Below are positions 1 through 10,236 of a stretch of 64,000 bases of DNA, piece after piece. The notes under the pieces are model-generated. The model ran no database searches. It had not been told where the DNA came from and was given only the letters and a program-made list of their open reading frames with translations. The DNA lies in NCBI RefSeq assembly GCF_963518475.1, contig NZ_CAUQJA010000001.1:78018-142017 (forward strand), given 5' to 3'. Within the stretch, counting starts at the first letter, position 1, and each line of letters opens with the position of its first letter. Source of the DNA: an uncultured Streptococcus sp. (GTDB taxonomy: Bacteria; Bacillota; Bacilli; Lactobacillales; Streptococcaceae). The translations under genes were made by a program, and so were the position numbers.

Positions 1-2
1 AA

Positions 3-161
3 CTGATTCGTTTTGATATGGATGTCATTAAGGCTGCAGGTCTGGTAACAGAAACTCCTGTCATTATTACCAATCAAGATGCTTATACAGCGACTATTAC
101 TGGAACTTATCCGACAACGATCCAAGCTGGAGAAGATCTCATGGTCGCAACACGAATCTAA
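3..161 (+). CDS. treP: 3' end of a PTS EIIBCA permease (EIIA-Glc type C-terminal domain), probably the trehalose PTS; 5' end lies outside the window
   Basis: The frame is open from the window edge (LIRFDMDVIKAAGLVTETPVIITNQDAYTATITGTYPTTIQAGEDLMVATRI*) and resembles an EIIA-Glc tail. It sits directly upstream of a phosphotrehalase-type GH13 gene. Confidence 0.6.
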   Translation: MIRFDMDVIKAAGLVTETPVIITNQDAYTATITGTYPTTIQAGEDLMVATRI

Positions 162-312
162 TACTCTTCGAAAATCTCTTCAAACCACGTCAGCGTCGCC
201 TTACCGTAGGTATGGTTACTGACTTCGTCAGTTCTATCCGCAACCTCAAAACAGTGTTTTGAGCAACCTGCGGCTAGCTTCCTAGTTTGCTCTTTGCTTT
301 TCATTGAGTATA
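161..312 (+). repeat. BOX element (boxA-boxB-boxC)
   Basis: It starts with atactcttcgaaaatctcttcaaaccacgtcag and ends with ttttcattgagtata. The same termini recur at 59597-59702 and, inverted, at 41699-41850. Confidence 0.9.
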
Positions 313-330
313 ATTGAAATAGCACAAATA

Positions 331-358
331 GGGACGGAAGACTGCTTCCTCCCTTTTA
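331..358 (+). terminator. Terminator-like hairpin between treP and treC
   Basis: gggacggaag / cttcctccc stem with actg loop, followed by tttt. Confidence 0.45.
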
Positions 359-376
359 TCAGAAAAGGAGAAACAG

Positions 377-2002
377 ATGACACTTGATAAAGGAAAAGTA
401 GTCTATCAAATCTATCCAAAATCTTACAAAGACACCACTGGAAATGGTATTGGGGACTTTCGTGGGATTATCGAAAAAATCCCCTATTTAGCCAAACTGG
501 GCGTGGATATGGTCTGGCTCAATCCATTCTATCCAAGCCCTCAACGGGATAATGGTTACGATATTTCAGATTATATGGCAGTAGATCCTCTTTTTGGTGA
601 TATGGCTGATTTTGAGGAAATGGTGCGTGTCGGTAAAGAGCACAAGATTGACTTTATGCTGGACATGGTGCTCAATCATTGTTCGACAGAACATGAATGG
701 TTTCAGAAAGCCTTAGCTGGTGACAAGTATTATCAAGACTTTTTCTTCGTCCAAGACCAACCAACAGACTGGCAGTCTAAGTTTGGTGGCTCTGCTTGGG
801 CACCTTTCGGGGATACGGGGAAATACTACCTTCACCTCTTTGATGAGACCCAGGCTGACCTTAACTGGCGCAATCTCAATGTTCGTAAGGAGCTTTTCAA
901 GGTTGTTAATTTCTGGCGCGACAAGGGTGTCAAAGGTTTCCGATTTGATGTAGTCAATTTGATCGGTAAGGACGAGGTTTTAGTGGACTGTCCTGAAAAT
1001 GAAGGGAAGCCAGCTTATACAGATAAGCCCATCGTTCATGACTATTTGCGTATGATGAACCAAGCCACTTTTGGATCCGACGATAGCTTTATGACAGTTG
1101 GAGAAATGTCTTCTACCACCATGGAAAACTGTGTCCTCTATTCGTCGCCTGACCGTCAGGAATTATCCATGACCTTTAATTTTCATCATCTAAAGGTGGA
1201 CTACAAGGATGGACAAAAGTGGACCTTGGCTCCCTTTGATTTTGAAGAGTTGAAAAGACTTTACCATAGCTGGGGCAAGGAGATGAGTGATAAAGATGGG
1301 TGGAGCGCCCTCTTTTGGAACAATCACGACCAACCACGCGCTTTGAACCGTTTTGTTGATATTCAAAACTTCCGCAAGGAAGGAGCCACCATGCTGGCAG
1401 CCAGCATTCACCTGTCACGTGGAACACCTTATATCTATATGGGTGAGGAAATCGGGATGATTGACCCAGACTATGATTCGATGGCTGATTATGTGGATGT
1501 CGAATCGCTCAATGCTTATCAGATGCTCTTAGAAGAAGGAAAGAGTCAGGAAGAATCCTTCCAGATTATTCAAGCTAAGTCGCGTGATAATTCACGAATT
1601 CCCATGCAGTGGGATGCTTCTGAAAATGCAGGCTTCACAGTAAGTACTCCTTGGCTCAAGGCAGGAAAATTCTACCCTCACATCAATGTAGAAAATGAAA
1701 TCCAAGGTCCGATTTTCACCTTCTACCAAGACTTGATTCGACTTCGCAAAGAAATGCCTATCATCTCAGAAGGAAGTTACAAACCAGCCTTTGAAGATAG
1801 CAAACAAGTCTATGCTTTTGAACGCCAGTATGAGGATGAAAAGTTGCTAGTGCTCAATAATTTTTATGCTACAGAAGTGGAAATCGACTTACCTCTAGCC
1901 TACCAAAATGGACAAATTTTGATTTCAAACTATGAAGATGTAGAAGTGTCTGAAAAAATTCTACTCAACCCCTATCAAATGCTGGCTATTTATGTAAATT
2001 AA
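377..2002 (+). CDS. treC: GH13 alpha,alpha-phosphotrehalase (trehalose-6-phosphate hydrolase) / oligo-1,6-glucosidase family
   Basis: 541 aa with GH13 signatures (DLGVDMVWLNPF, GFRFDVVNLI, GEMS, FWNNHDQPR). RBS aaaggag. Lies downstream of the PTS EIIA gene. Confidence 0.85.
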   Translation: MTLDKGKVVYQIYPKSYKDTTGNGIGDFRGIIEKIPYLAKLGVDMVWLNPFYPSPQRDNGYDISDYMAVDPLFGDMADFEEMVRVGKEHKIDFMLDMVLNHCSTEHEWFQKALAGDKYYQDFFFVQDQPTDWQSKFGGSAWAPFGDTGKYYLHLFDETQADLNWRNLNVRKELFKVVNFWRDKGVKGFRFDVVNLIGKDEVLVDCPENEGKPAYTDKPIVHDYLRMMNQATFGSDDSFMTVGEMSSTTMENCVLYSSPDRQELSMTFNFHHLKVDYKDGQKWTLAPFDFEELKRLYHSWGKEMSDKDGWSALFWNNHDQPRALNRFVDIQNFRKEGATMLAASIHLSRGTPYIYMGEEIGMIDPDYDSMADYVDVESLNAYQMLLEEGKSQEESFQIIQAKSRDNSRIPMQWDASENAGFTVSTPWLKAGKFYPHINVENEIQGPIFTFYQDLIRLRKEMPIISEGSYKPAFEDSKQVYAFERQYEDEKLLVLNNFYATEVEIDLPLAYQNGQILISNYEDVEVSEKILLNPYQMLAIYVN

Positions 2003-2011
2003 ACTCAGCAA

Positions 2012-2046
2012 GGAGCCCTCTTTTGCAGAAAAGCAGGGTTCTTTTT
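2012..2046 (+). terminator. Rho-independent terminator after treC
   Basis: Imperfect hairpin gagccctcttttgc...gcagggttc followed by a T-run. Confidence 0.55.
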
Positions 2047-2101
2047 GTTGTCTATTCCATCCTTGAAAGCGTAAAACAAACTAGTCAGGGTGGCTAGTTT
2101 A

Positions 2102-2110
2102 TGGTATAAT
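2102..2110 (+). promoter_or_regulatory. Extended -10 promoter element (TGGTATAAT)
   Basis: tggtataat lies 31 nt upstream of the ATG at 2141, with a weak -35 tagtca at 2082-2087. Confidence 0.55.
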
Positions 2111-2140
2111 GAAAGGGACTCAAAAAGAAACAGGAGAAAA

Positions 2141-2392
2141 ATGATGGATTTACTTTTAGCAATTGTATTGATTGTGCTAGCTTTTCTAGGAGGAGCTCTT
2201 GGAGGAATGTACTTGGTTCGTAAGCAAATTGAAAAAGAATTCGCTGACAACCCACGTTTGAATGCTGAAGCAGTTCGTACTCTTTTGAGTGCAAATGGTC
2301 AAAAACCAAGCGAAGCTAAGGTACAACAAGTTTACCACCAAATCATCCGACAACAAAAAGCAGCCCTTGCTAACAATAAAAAGAAAAAATAA
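2141..2392 (+). CDS. UPF0154 / YneF-like small membrane protein
   Basis: [29 protein letters not shown]... has one N-terminal TM helix and a basic tail. RBS aggag. The track ORF start at 2090 has no RBS. Confidence 0.7.
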
Positions 2393-2400
2393 ATAAGGAA

Positions 2401-2426
2401 AAGTCTGGGATGAAAGTTCCAGACTT
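2401..2426. terminator. Hairpin after the yneF-like gene
   Basis: aagtctgg / ccagactt 8-bp stem. The T-run is weak, so function is uncertain. Confidence 0.4.
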
Positions 2427-2591
2427 CTCACTATGTTGGCTATGGTTTAGGGATGAGACTTTTTCCTTGCATTCTATTGATATTTGATTATGATTAAGAG
2501 AGATAGTTGTTGATGAAGTTGTTCTTCAGTTCATGAAGACAAGTAATCATAATGAACTATCAATCAGAAAAAAGACTAGAAAGAAGACTGT

Positions 2592-3386
2592 ATGGATAAT
2601 CGACCAATTGGTTTTTTGGATTCGGGTGTCGGGGGCTTGACCGTTGTGCGTGAGCTCATGCGCCAGCTTCCTCATGAAGAAATCGTCTATATTGGAGATT
2701 CGGCGCGGGCGCCCTATGGTCCCCGTCCTGCTGAGCAAATTCGTGAATATACTTGGCAGTTGGTCAACTTTCTCTTGACCAAGGATGTCAAAATGATTGT
2801 CATTGCTTGTAACACTGCGACTGCGGTCGTCTGGGAAGAAATCAAGGCTCAACTCAACATTCCCGTCCTAGGTGTGATTTTGCCAGGAGCTTCGGCAGCC
2901 ATCAAGTCCAGCCAAGGTGGGAAAATCGGGGTCATTGGAACACCCATGACGGTAAAATCAGACATCTACCGTCAGAAAATCCATGATTTGGATCCGGACT
3001 TACAGGTGGAGAGTTTGGCCTGTCCCAAGTTTGCCCCCTTGGTCGAGTCGGGTGCCCTGTCAACCAGTGTTACCAAAAAAGTGGTTTATGAAACCCTGCG
3101 TCCCTTGGTTGGAAAAGTGGATAGCCTGATTTTGGGTTGTACCCATTATCCACTGCTCAGACCTATTATTCAAAATGTCATGGGACCCAAGGTTCAGCTC
3201 ATCGATAGTGGGGCAGAGTGCGTACGGGATATCTCAGTCTTACTCAATTATTTTGAAATCAATCGTGGTCGCGATGCTGGACCACTCCATCACCGTTTTT
3301 ACACAACAGCCAGCAGCCAAAGTTTTGCACAAATTGGTGAAGAATGGCTGGAAAAAGAGATTTATGTGGAGCATGTAGAATTATGA
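2592..3386 (+). CDS. murI: Glutamate racemase
   Basis: 264 aa with [17 protein letters not shown] and GCTHYP motifs. Confidence 0.93.
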   Translation: MDNRPIGFLDSGVGGLTVVRELMRQLPHEEIVYIGDSARAPYGPRPAEQIREYTWQLVNFLLTKDVKMIVIACNTATAVVWEEIKAQLNIPVLGVILPGASAAIKSSQGGKIGVIGTPMTVKSDIYRQKIHDLDPDLQVESLACPKFAPLVESGALSTSVTKKVVYETLRPLVGKVDSLILGCTHYPLLRPIIQNVMGPKVQLIDSGAECVRDISVLLNYFEINRGRDAGPLHHRFYTTASSQSFAQIGEEWLEKEIYVEHVEL

Positions 3387-4354
3387 CAAATAAAATTTAT
3401 GAATATAAGGATGACCAGGACTGGTATGTCGGCTCATATAGTATTTTTGGTGGTGTCCGGACATTGACTGATGAAGACTTGGATTTTCCTCTATTTGAGT
3501 TTGCCCAAAGATTTCGAGATGAGGAACAAGGTTTTCCTATTTCTGTGATTGTTTTACGCTATGGTTCTCTCTACCGTTTATTGTCTTTTGTGGTAGATAT
3601 CCTCAACCAAGAAATGGGACGAAATCTGGAAGTCATCCAACGTCAGGGAGCTTTTCTCTTGATTGAAAATGGGCAACTCCTGCATGTAGCATTGCCTAAA
3701 GAAGGGGTCAATGTTCATGATTTCTTTGAGACAAGCAAGGTCAGAGAAACCTTATTGATTGCGACTCGAAACGAAGGCAAGACCAAAGAGTTCCGAGCTA
3801 TCTTTGATAAGTTAGGCTACGATGTGGAAAATCTTAATGACTATCCTGACCTGCCTGAAGTAGCTGAAACAGGCATGACCTTCGAAGAAAATGCCCGTCT
3901 CAAGGCAGAAACCATTTCTCAATTAACGGGCAAGATGGTTTTGGCAGATGACTCAGGTCTCAAAGTCGATGTCCTAGGTGGCTTGCCAGGTGTCTGGTCA
4001 GCTCGTTTCGCAGGTGTGGGAGCTACTGACCGTGAAAACAATGCCAAACTCTTGCACGAATTGGCCATGGTCTTTGAACTCAAGGACCGCTCGGCTCAAT
4101 TCCATACAACCCTAGTCGTGGCCAGTCCAAACAAGGAAAGCTTGGTTGTTGAGGCAGACTGGCCAGGCTACATTAACTTTGAACCTAAGGGTGAAAATGG
4201 CTTTGGCTATGATCCTCTCTTCCTTGTAGGAGAGACAGGCAAGTCATCAGCTGAATTAACCCTTGAAGAAAAAAATAGTCAATCTCACCGTGCCTTAGCC
4301 GTTAAGAAACTTTTGGAGGTATTTCCATCATGGCAAAGCAAACCATCATTGTAA
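3383..4354 (+). CDS. rdgB: dITP/XTP pyrophosphatase (RdgB/Ham1 family) with an extra N-terminal domain of about 125 aa
   Basis: The C-terminal part ([14 protein letters not shown]...DDSGL...GFGYDPLF) is Ham1-like. The ATG at 3383 overlaps the murI stop (ATGA). The upstream part of the track ORF is murI out of frame. Confidence 0.85.
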   Translation: MTNKIYEYKDDQDWYVGSYSIFGGVRTLTDEDLDFPLFEFAQRFRDEEQGFPISVIVLRYGSLYRLLSFVVDILNQEMGRNLEVIQRQGAFLLIENGQLLHVALPKEGVNVHDFFETSKVRETLLIATRNEGKTKEFRAIFDKLGYDVENLNDYPDLPEVAETGMTFEENARLKAETISQLTGKMVLADDSGLKVDVLGGLPGVWSARFAGVGATDRENNAKLLHELAMVFELKDRSAQFHTTLVVASPNKESLVVEADWPGYINFEPKGENGFGYDPLFLVGETGKSSAELTLEEKNSQSHRALAVKKLLEVFPSWQSKPSL

Positions 4355-4851
4355 TGAGCGATTCTCATGGCGATAGCTTGATTGTGGAAGAAATCCGTGA
4401 TCGCTATGTAGGCAAAGTTGATGCCGTTTTTCATAATGGCGATTCTGAACTGCGTCCTGATTCTCCCCTTTGGGAAGGCATCCGTGTTGTTAAAGGGAAC
4501 ATGGACTTCTACGCCGGCTACCCAGAACGTTTGGTGACCGAGCTTGGTTCGACCAAGATTATCCAAACTCATGGTCACTTGTTTGACATCAATTTCAACT
4601 TTCAAAAGTTGGACTACTGGGCTCAGGAGGAAGAGGCCGATATCTGCCTCTATGGTCACTTGCATGTGCCAAGTGCTTGGATGGAGGGCAAAACCCTCTT
4701 TCTAAATCCAGGTTCTATCAGCCAACCACGAGGTACCATCAGAGAATGTCTCTATGCTCGTGTGGAGATTGATGATAGCTATTTCAAAGTGGATTTTTTG
4801 ACACGAGACCACGAGGTGTATCCAGGCCTGTCCAAGGAGTTTAGCAGATGA
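4330..4851 (+). CDS. YfcE/MJ0936-family metallophosphoesterase
   Basis: Motifs [10 protein letters not shown]..., GNMD, THGH, GHLHVP. Overlaps the rdgB end. Confidence 0.85.
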   Translation: MAKQTIIVMSDSHGDSLIVEEIRDRYVGKVDAVFHNGDSELRPDSPLWEGIRVVKGNMDFYAGYPERLVTELGSTKIIQTHGHLFDINFNFQKLDYWAQEEEADICLYGHLHVPSAWMEGKTLFLNPGSISQPRGTIRECLYARVEIDDSYFKVDFLTRDHEVYPGLSKEFSR

Positions 4852-5309
4852 TTGCCAAGGAGTTTGAGACTTTCTTGCTAGGCCAAGAGGAAACTTTTTT
4901 GACCCCTGCTGAAAATCTAGCTGTGTTGATTGATACCCACAATGCGGATCATGCGACCCTCTTGCTCAGTCAGATGACCTATACCCGTGTTCCCGTTGTG
5001 ACAGATGAAAAGCAGTTTGTTGGGACTATTGGGCTCAGAGATATTATGGCTTATCAGATGGAGCATGACTTGAGCCCCGAAATCATGGCGGATACGGATA
5101 TCGTTCATATGACGAAAAGGGACGTAGCGGTTGTTTCGCCTGATTTTACCATTACGGAGGTCTTGCACAAGCTGGTAGATGAGTCTTTCTTGCCGGTTGT
5201 GGATGCGTCAGGGATTTTCCAAGGGATTATCACGCGCAAGTCTATCCTCAAGGCTGTCAATGCTCTCTTGCATGACTTTAGTAAGGACTATGAGATTCGA
5301 TGCCGATGA
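4848..5309 (+). CDS. CBS-pair domain protein (CbpB-like)
   Basis: 153 aa with two CBS-like repeats. ATGA overlap with the upstream gene. Confidence 0.7.
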   Translation: MIAKEFETFLLGQEETFLTPAENLAVLIDTHNADHATLLLSQMTYTRVPVVTDEKQFVGTIGLRDIMAYQMEHDLSPEIMADTDIVHMTKRDVAVVSPDFTITEVLHKLVDESFLPVVDASGIFQGIITRKSILKAVNALLHDFSKDYEIRCR

Positions 5310-6040
5310 GAGATAGGATTTCAGCCTTTTTAGAGGAAAAGCAGGGTTTATCTGCCAATTCTAAGCAGTCTTATAAGTATGATTTGGAGCAATTTTTAGA
5401 CATTGTGGGCGAGCGGATTTCTGAGACCAGTCTCAAGATATATCAAGCCCAGCTAGCCAATCTAAAAATCAGTGCCCAGAAGCGAAAGATTTCGGCCTGT
5501 AACCAATTTCTCTACTTTCTCTATCAAAAAGGAGAAGTGGATAGCTTTTACCGCTTGGAATTAGCCAAACAAGCTGAAAAGAAAACCGAAAATCCAGAAC
5601 TCTTAGACCTAGACTCTTTTTGGCAGGAAAGTAATTATCCAGAAGGACGCTTGCTGGCGCTTCTTATCTTGGAGATGGGGCTCTTGCCAAGTGAGATTTT
5701 AGTCCTTAAGGTTGCAGATATCAATCTGGACTTTCAGGTGTTGCGAATCAAGAAGGCTTCCCAACAGAGGATTGTCAGCATTCCCACAACCTTGCTTTCA
5801 GAGTTAGAACCCTTGATGGGACAGACCTATCTCTTTGAAAGGGCAGGGAAAGCTTATTCTCGTCAGTGGGCCTTCCGTCAGTTGGAGTCCTTTGTCAAGG
5901 AGAAAGGTTTTCCAAGCCTATCAGCCCAAGCCTTGCGGGAACAGTTCATTCTACGACAAATTGAAAACAAGGTCGATTTGTACGAAATTGCAAAAAAATT
6001 AGGATTAAAAACAGTCCTGACCTTAGAAAAATATAGATAA
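5300..6040 (+). CDS. XerD-like tyrosine-recombinase-fold protein with a degenerate active site
   Basis: 246 aa with a phage-integrase-like layout. Canonical TGLR is MGLL, HxLRH is ALREQ and LGH is LGL. Confidence 0.75.
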   Translation: MPMRDRISAFLEEKQGLSANSKQSYKYDLEQFLDIVGERISETSLKIYQAQLANLKISAQKRKISACNQFLYFLYQKGEVDSFYRLELAKQAEKKTENPELLDLDSFWQESNYPEGRLLALLILEMGLLPSEILVLKVADINLDFQVLRIKKASQQRIVSIPTTLLSELEPLMGQTYLFERAGKAYSRQWAFRQLESFVKEKGFPSLSAQALREQFILRQIENKVDLYEIAKKLGLKTVLTLEKYR

Positions 6041-6768
6041 TGGATATTAAATTAAAAGATTTTGAAGGGCCCCTGGACTTGCTCTTGCACCTGGTTTCTA
6101 AGTACCAGATGGATATCTACGATGTGCCCATTACGGAAGTCATTGAGCAGTATCTAGCCTATGTCTCAACCCTGCAGGCCATGCGTCTGGAAGTGACGGG
6201 TGAGTACATGGTCATGGCCAGTCAGCTGATGTTGATCAAGAGCCGCAAGCTTCTTCCAAAGGTAGCCGAAGTAACCGACTTGGAGGATGACCTAGAGCAG
6301 GACCTTCTCTCTCAAATCGAAGAATACCGTAAGTTCAAGCTCTTGGGGGAGCACTTGGAAGCCAAGCACCAAGAACGGGCCCAGCACTATTCCAAAGCGC
6401 CGACAGAGTTGATTTACGAAGATGCCGAGCTTGTGCATGATAAGACGACCATTGATCTTTTTTTGGCTTTTTCAAATATCCTAGCCAAGAAAAAAGAGGA
6501 GTTTGCACAGAATCACACGACTATCTTGAGGGATGAGTATAAGATTGAGGACATGATGGTCATCGTGAAAGAGTCCTTGACTGGACGAGATCAGTTACGC
6601 TTGCAGGATTTGTTCAAGGAAGCCCAGAATGTCCAAGAGGTTATTACCCTCTTTTTGGCAACCTTGGAGTTAATCAAAACCCAGGAGCTGATTCTCGTGC
6701 AAGAGGAGAGTTTCGGAGATATCTATCTCATGGAAAAGAAGGAAGAAAGTCAAGTGGCCCAAAGCTAG
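6040..6768 (+). CDS. scpA: Segregation and condensation protein A
   Basis: The N-terminus [12 protein letters not shown] is typical. Followed by scpB. Confidence 0.92.
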   Translation: MDIKLKDFEGPLDLLLHLVSKYQMDIYDVPITEVIEQYLAYVSTLQAMRLEVTGEYMVMASQLMLIKSRKLLPKVAEVTDLEDDLEQDLLSQIEEYRKFKLLGEHLEAKHQERAQHYSKAPTELIYEDAELVHDKTTIDLFLAFSNILAKKKEEFAQNHTTILRDEYKIEDMMVIVKESLTGRDQLRLQDLFKEAQNVQEVITLFLATLELIKTQELILVQEESFGDIYLMEKKEESQVAQS

Positions 6769-6786
6769 ACTTGATAGAGAGGAAAG

Positions 6787-7356
6787 ATGAGTACTTTAGC
6801 AAAAATAGAAGCGCTCTTGTTTGTAGCGGGTGAAGATGGGATTAGGGTCCGCCAGTTAGCTGAACTCCTCTCTCTGCCACCGACAGGTATCCAACAGAGT
6901 TTAGAAAAATTAGTCCAGAAGTATGAAAAGGACACTGATTCCAGTTTGGCTCTGATTGAGACAGGTGGGGCTTATAGATTGGTGACCAAGCCTCAGTTTT
7001 CAGAGGTTTTGAAGGAATATTCCAAGGCGCCTATCAACCAGAGCTTGTCTCGAGCTGCCCTTGAGACCTTGTCCATCGTTGCCTACAAGCAACCCATCAC
7101 ACGGATAGAGATTGATGCCATCCGTGGGGTCAACTCGAGTGGGGCCTTGGCAAAGTTGCAGGCTTTTGACCTGATAAAGGAAGACGGGAAAAAAGAAGTC
7201 TTGGGTCGCCCCAACCTCTATGTGACTACAGATTATTTCCTAGATTACATGGGGATAAATCATTTGGAAGAATTACCAGTGATTGATGAGCTTGAAATTC
7301 AAGCCCAAGAAAGCCAATTATTTGGTGAAAGGATAGAAGAAGATGAGAATCAATAA
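6787..7356 (+). CDS. scpB: Segregation and condensation protein B
   Basis: [12 protein letters not shown]..., [23 protein letters not shown]. Confidence 0.92.
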   Translation: MSTLAKIEALLFVAGEDGIRVRQLAELLSLPPTGIQQSLEKLVQKYEKDTDSSLALIETGGAYRLVTKPQFSEVLKEYSKAPINQSLSRAALETLSIVAYKQPITRIEIDAIRGVNSSGALAKLQAFDLIKEDGKKEVLGRPNLYVTTDYFLDYMGINHLEELPVIDELEIQAQESQLFGERIEEDENQ

Positions 7357-8065
7357 GTATATTGCCCACGCAGGTGTGGCCAGTAGGAGAAAAGCAGAAG
7401 AGTTGATCAAGCAAGGCTTGGTGACTGTCAACGGACAGGTGGTGCGTGAACTCGCAACCACCATCAAGTCAGGCGACAAGGTCGAAGTTGAAGGCCAGCC
7501 TATCTACAACGAAGAAAAGGTCTATTATCTGCTTAACAAACCACGCGGTGTCATTTCCAGTGTGACAGATGACAAGGGCCGCAAGACGGTTGTCGACCTC
7601 TTGCCCAACGTGAAGGAGCGCATCTACCCTGTAGGTCGTTTAGACTGGGACACATCAGGTGTCTTGATTTTGACTAATGACGGGGATTTTACGGATGAAA
7701 TGATTCACCCTCGTAATGAGATTGACAAGGTTTATGTCGCGCGTGTTAAAGGTGTGGCCAATAAGGATAATCTCCGCCCCTTGACCCGTGGACTTGAGAT
7801 TGATGGTAAGAAAACCAAGCCGGCTGTCTATGAGATTCTCAAAGTGGATCCAGTCAAAAACCGCTCTGTGGTGCAGTTGACTATCCATGAAGGGCGTAAC
7901 CACCAGGTTAAAAAGATGTTTGAAGCTGTCGGTCTTCAAGTGGACAAGTTGTCACGGACCCGTTTTGGACATCTAGACTTGACAGGACTCCGTCCAGGAG
8001 AATCCCGTCGTCTTAATAAAAAAGAAATCAGCCAACTACACACCATGGCTGTAACCAAGAAATAA
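7343..8065 (+). CDS. rluB: 23S rRNA pseudouridine synthase, RsuA/RluB family (S4 domain plus catalytic GRLD)
   Basis: [22 protein letters not shown]..., [19 protein letters not shown]. Confidence 0.88.
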   Translation: MRINKYIAHAGVASRRKAEELIKQGLVTVNGQVVRELATTIKSGDKVEVEGQPIYNEEKVYYLLNKPRGVISSVTDDKGRKTVVDLLPNVKERIYPVGRLDWDTSGVLILTNDGDFTDEMIHPRNEIDKVYVARVKGVANKDNLRPLTRGLEIDGKKTKPAVYEILKVDPVKNRSVVQLTIHEGRNHQVKKMFEAVGLQVDKLSRTRFGHLDLTGLRPGESRRLNKKEISQLHTMAVTKK

Positions 8066-8307
8066 TGAAACGAATTTTAATAGCGCCTGTGCGCTTTTAC
8101 CAACGGTTTATCTCCCCAGCCTTTCCACCCTCTTGTCGCTTTGAGCCGACTTGTTCCAACTACATGATTCAGGCTATTGAAAAACATGGCTTCAAGGGTG
8201 TCTTGATGGGCTTGGCTCGGATTTTACGTTGCCATCCCTGGTCGAAAACAGGTAAGGACCCCGTCCCAGACCATTTTTCCCTTAAACGGAATCAAGAAGA
8301 AAAATGA
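8065..8307 (+). CDS. yidD: Membrane protein insertion efficiency factor YidD
   Basis: YQRFISP...[10 protein letters not shown] motif. Confidence 0.9.
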   Translation: MKRILIAPVRFYQRFISPAFPPSCRFEPTCSNYMIQAIEKHGFKGVLMGLARILRCHPWSKTGKDPVPDHFSLKRNQEEK

Positions 8308-8336
8308 GGCTAGGTAAAAATATTTTAGTGAAATGA

Positions 8337-8386
8337 TAAAAACGCATCCTATCAGGTTTGAGTGAGTCTGATAGGATGCGTTTTAT
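8337..8386. terminator. Bidirectional rho-independent terminator (yidD / piuA convergent)
   Basis: 15-bp perfect stem aacgcatcctatcag / ctgataggatgcgtt, flanked by A-run and T-run. Confidence 0.9.
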
Positions 8387-8418
8387 CATGTAAAGATGTT
8401 AGTTGAGTTTGAAGCAGC

Positions 8419-9384
8419 TTATTTCAAGGCTTTTTGCGCGTCTTCAATCATGAGTTTGGTTGATTCAAGTCCGCCTCCACTTAGATACCAGAGGTCTGGT
8501 GTTAGTTGGATAATCTTACCATTTTTAGCGGCAGGTGTTTCAGCGATAAGGGCATTTTCTAGGACACCGTCGTTGCTAGAGTTGTCCCCACCGATGGCAA
8601 GGGTGCGGTTGATGACAAAGAGGATGTCAGGATTGATTTCTTTGACACTTTCAAAGCTGACTTCTTGTCCGTGGCGAGAATCTTCAAATTGAGTATCAGT
8701 TGGCTTGAATTTCAAAGCTTGGTATAAGAAAGAGAAACGAGATTGGGCACCAAAGGCTGCCATTTTTCCTTCGTTGAGGAGGATAGCAAGGGCTTTTTTG
8801 TCAGAACTTTCGTTTTTAGTAGCGACTTCTTGGATGCTCTTGTCTAGCTTGGCTAATTCTTCCTTGGCTTTCTGTGTGCCAGTTTCACCAAAGGCGCCTG
8901 CTAAGGATTCGATATTAGTCTTGGTAGAAGTCCAGTAGTCATCTTTGCCTGCTTGGAAGAGAACAGTCGGAGCGATTTCGTTGAACTTATCTACGAATTT
9001 TTGGGTACGTGGTGAAGCGATAATTAGGTCTGGTTCAAGAGCAGCAAGGGCTTCTAGGTCTGGCTCAACCATAGAACCAACATTTTTAACTTTTCCAGCT
9101 AGGTCTTTAAGATAAGTCGGAACAGTTTTTGTAGGCATTCCGACGATATTCTTTTCAAAACCTAAAGCGCGAATAGTATCCGCAGCACCGAGGTCAAAGG
9201 TCACAATCTTTTCAGGGACTTTTGAAAGTGTGACTACACCTAGTGAACTTTTAATGGTTACCTCTGTTGGAGCAGAGCTACTTGACTCCGTCTTACTAGT
9301 ACTTGAGTTTGTACTACATGCACCAAGTAGGAGCAAGAAGCTGGCCGCTAGGGCAGTGAGATAAAGTTTAAGGGATGTTTTCAT
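8419..9384 (-). CDS. piuA: Iron/siderophore ABC transporter substrate-binding lipoprotein
   Basis: Lipobox LLGAC, class III SBP. Strongly resembles pneumococcal PiuA as I recall it. Confidence 0.85.
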   Translation of the reverse strand: MKTSLKLYLTALAASFLLLLGACSTNSSTSKTESSSSAPTEVTIKSSLGVVTLSKVPEKIVTFDLGAADTIRALGFEKNIVGMPTKTVPTYLKDLAGKVKNVGSMVEPDLEALAALEPDLIIASPRTQKFVDKFNEIAPTVLFQAGKDDYWTSTKTNIESLAGAFGETGTQKAKEELAKLDKSIQEVATKNESSDKKALAILLNEGKMAAFGAQSRFSFLYQALKFKPTDTQFEDSRHGQEVSFESVKEINPDILFVINRTLAIGGDNSSNDGVLENALIAETPAAKNGKIIQLTPDLWYLSGGGLESTKLMIEDAQKALK

Positions 9385-9483
9385 GATTTCTCCTTTTTAA
9401 AATGTGATAACGATGTAGGGAGTCTCTTAGATAGGCTTGTTAGCTAAGAGACAGAGGGTTCTCTAACTCGAGTTTCTTAGTTA

Positions 9484-10236
9484 CTAGCTATAGATACAGA
9501 TCTTTTTGCCATTGATATCCGCTAGCGTGATGGGAATCTCGTAAAGTTGACTGAGCAGGTCAGCCTGCATGATCTGATTTGTGGTTCCCTTGCTAAATAT
9601 TTGACCGTCCTTGAAGGCGACAATTTCATCTGCATACTGACTGGCCATGTTGATATCGTGGAGGACGATGATAATGGTCTTGCCGAGCTCTGACACCAGT
9701 CGCTTGAGAATCTGCATCATGCTGACGCTTTGCTTGATGTCGAGATTGTTGAGTGGTTCGTCCAGCAAGATAAAGTCTGTATCCTGGGCCAGTACCATAG
9801 CGATAAAGACCCGCTGGAGCTGGCCGCCAGACAGACTATCGATGTAGCGGTCTTTTAAGTTTATCAGTTCCAGATAGTTCAGAGTTTCTCGAATTTTTTC
9901 CCAATCTTCTGGTCTCAGTCGACCTCGGCTGTAGGGAAAACGTCCAAAGCTGACCAGTTCTTCAACGGTTAATTTTGCCTGGTAATTGATCTTCTGCTTT
10001 AGGATGGTCAATTCTTGGGCTAGTTCTTGCGAATTCCAACTCTCGATTTCACGGCCTTTAATACTAAGTATTCCCTGATCCTTCTTGATCAGTCTGCTCA
10101 TGATGGAGAGGAGAGTTGATTTTCCAGCACCATTTGGACCAATGAAGGCTGTCAGTTTCTGAGGACTGACTTCAAGCGAAATGCTTTGCAAAATATCCTG
10201 TTTTTGAATGGATTTGTCAATGTTTTTCAGTTTCAC
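9484..10236 (-). CDS. piuD: Iron/siderophore ABC transporter ATP-binding protein
   Basis: Walker A GPNGAGKST, signature LSGGQLQR, Walker B ILLDEP. Confidence 0.85.
   Translation of the reverse strand: MKLKNIDKSIQKQDILQSISLEVSPQKLTAFIGPNGAGKSTLLSIMSRLIKKDQGILSIKGREIESWNSQELAQELTILKQKINYQAKLTVEELVSFGRFPYSRGRLRPEDWEKIRETLNYLELINLKDRYIDSLSGGQLQRVFIAMVLAQDTDFILLDEPLNNLDIKQSVSMMQILKRLVSELGKTIIIVLHDINMASQYADEIVAFKDGQIFSKGTTNQIMQADLLSQLYEIPITLADINGKKICIYS

Noticed and set aside
8396-8938. Plus-strand ORFs (98 and 77 aa) opposite piuA
   Set aside because: They are antisense to a lipoprotein gene with a clear lipobox and SBP features.
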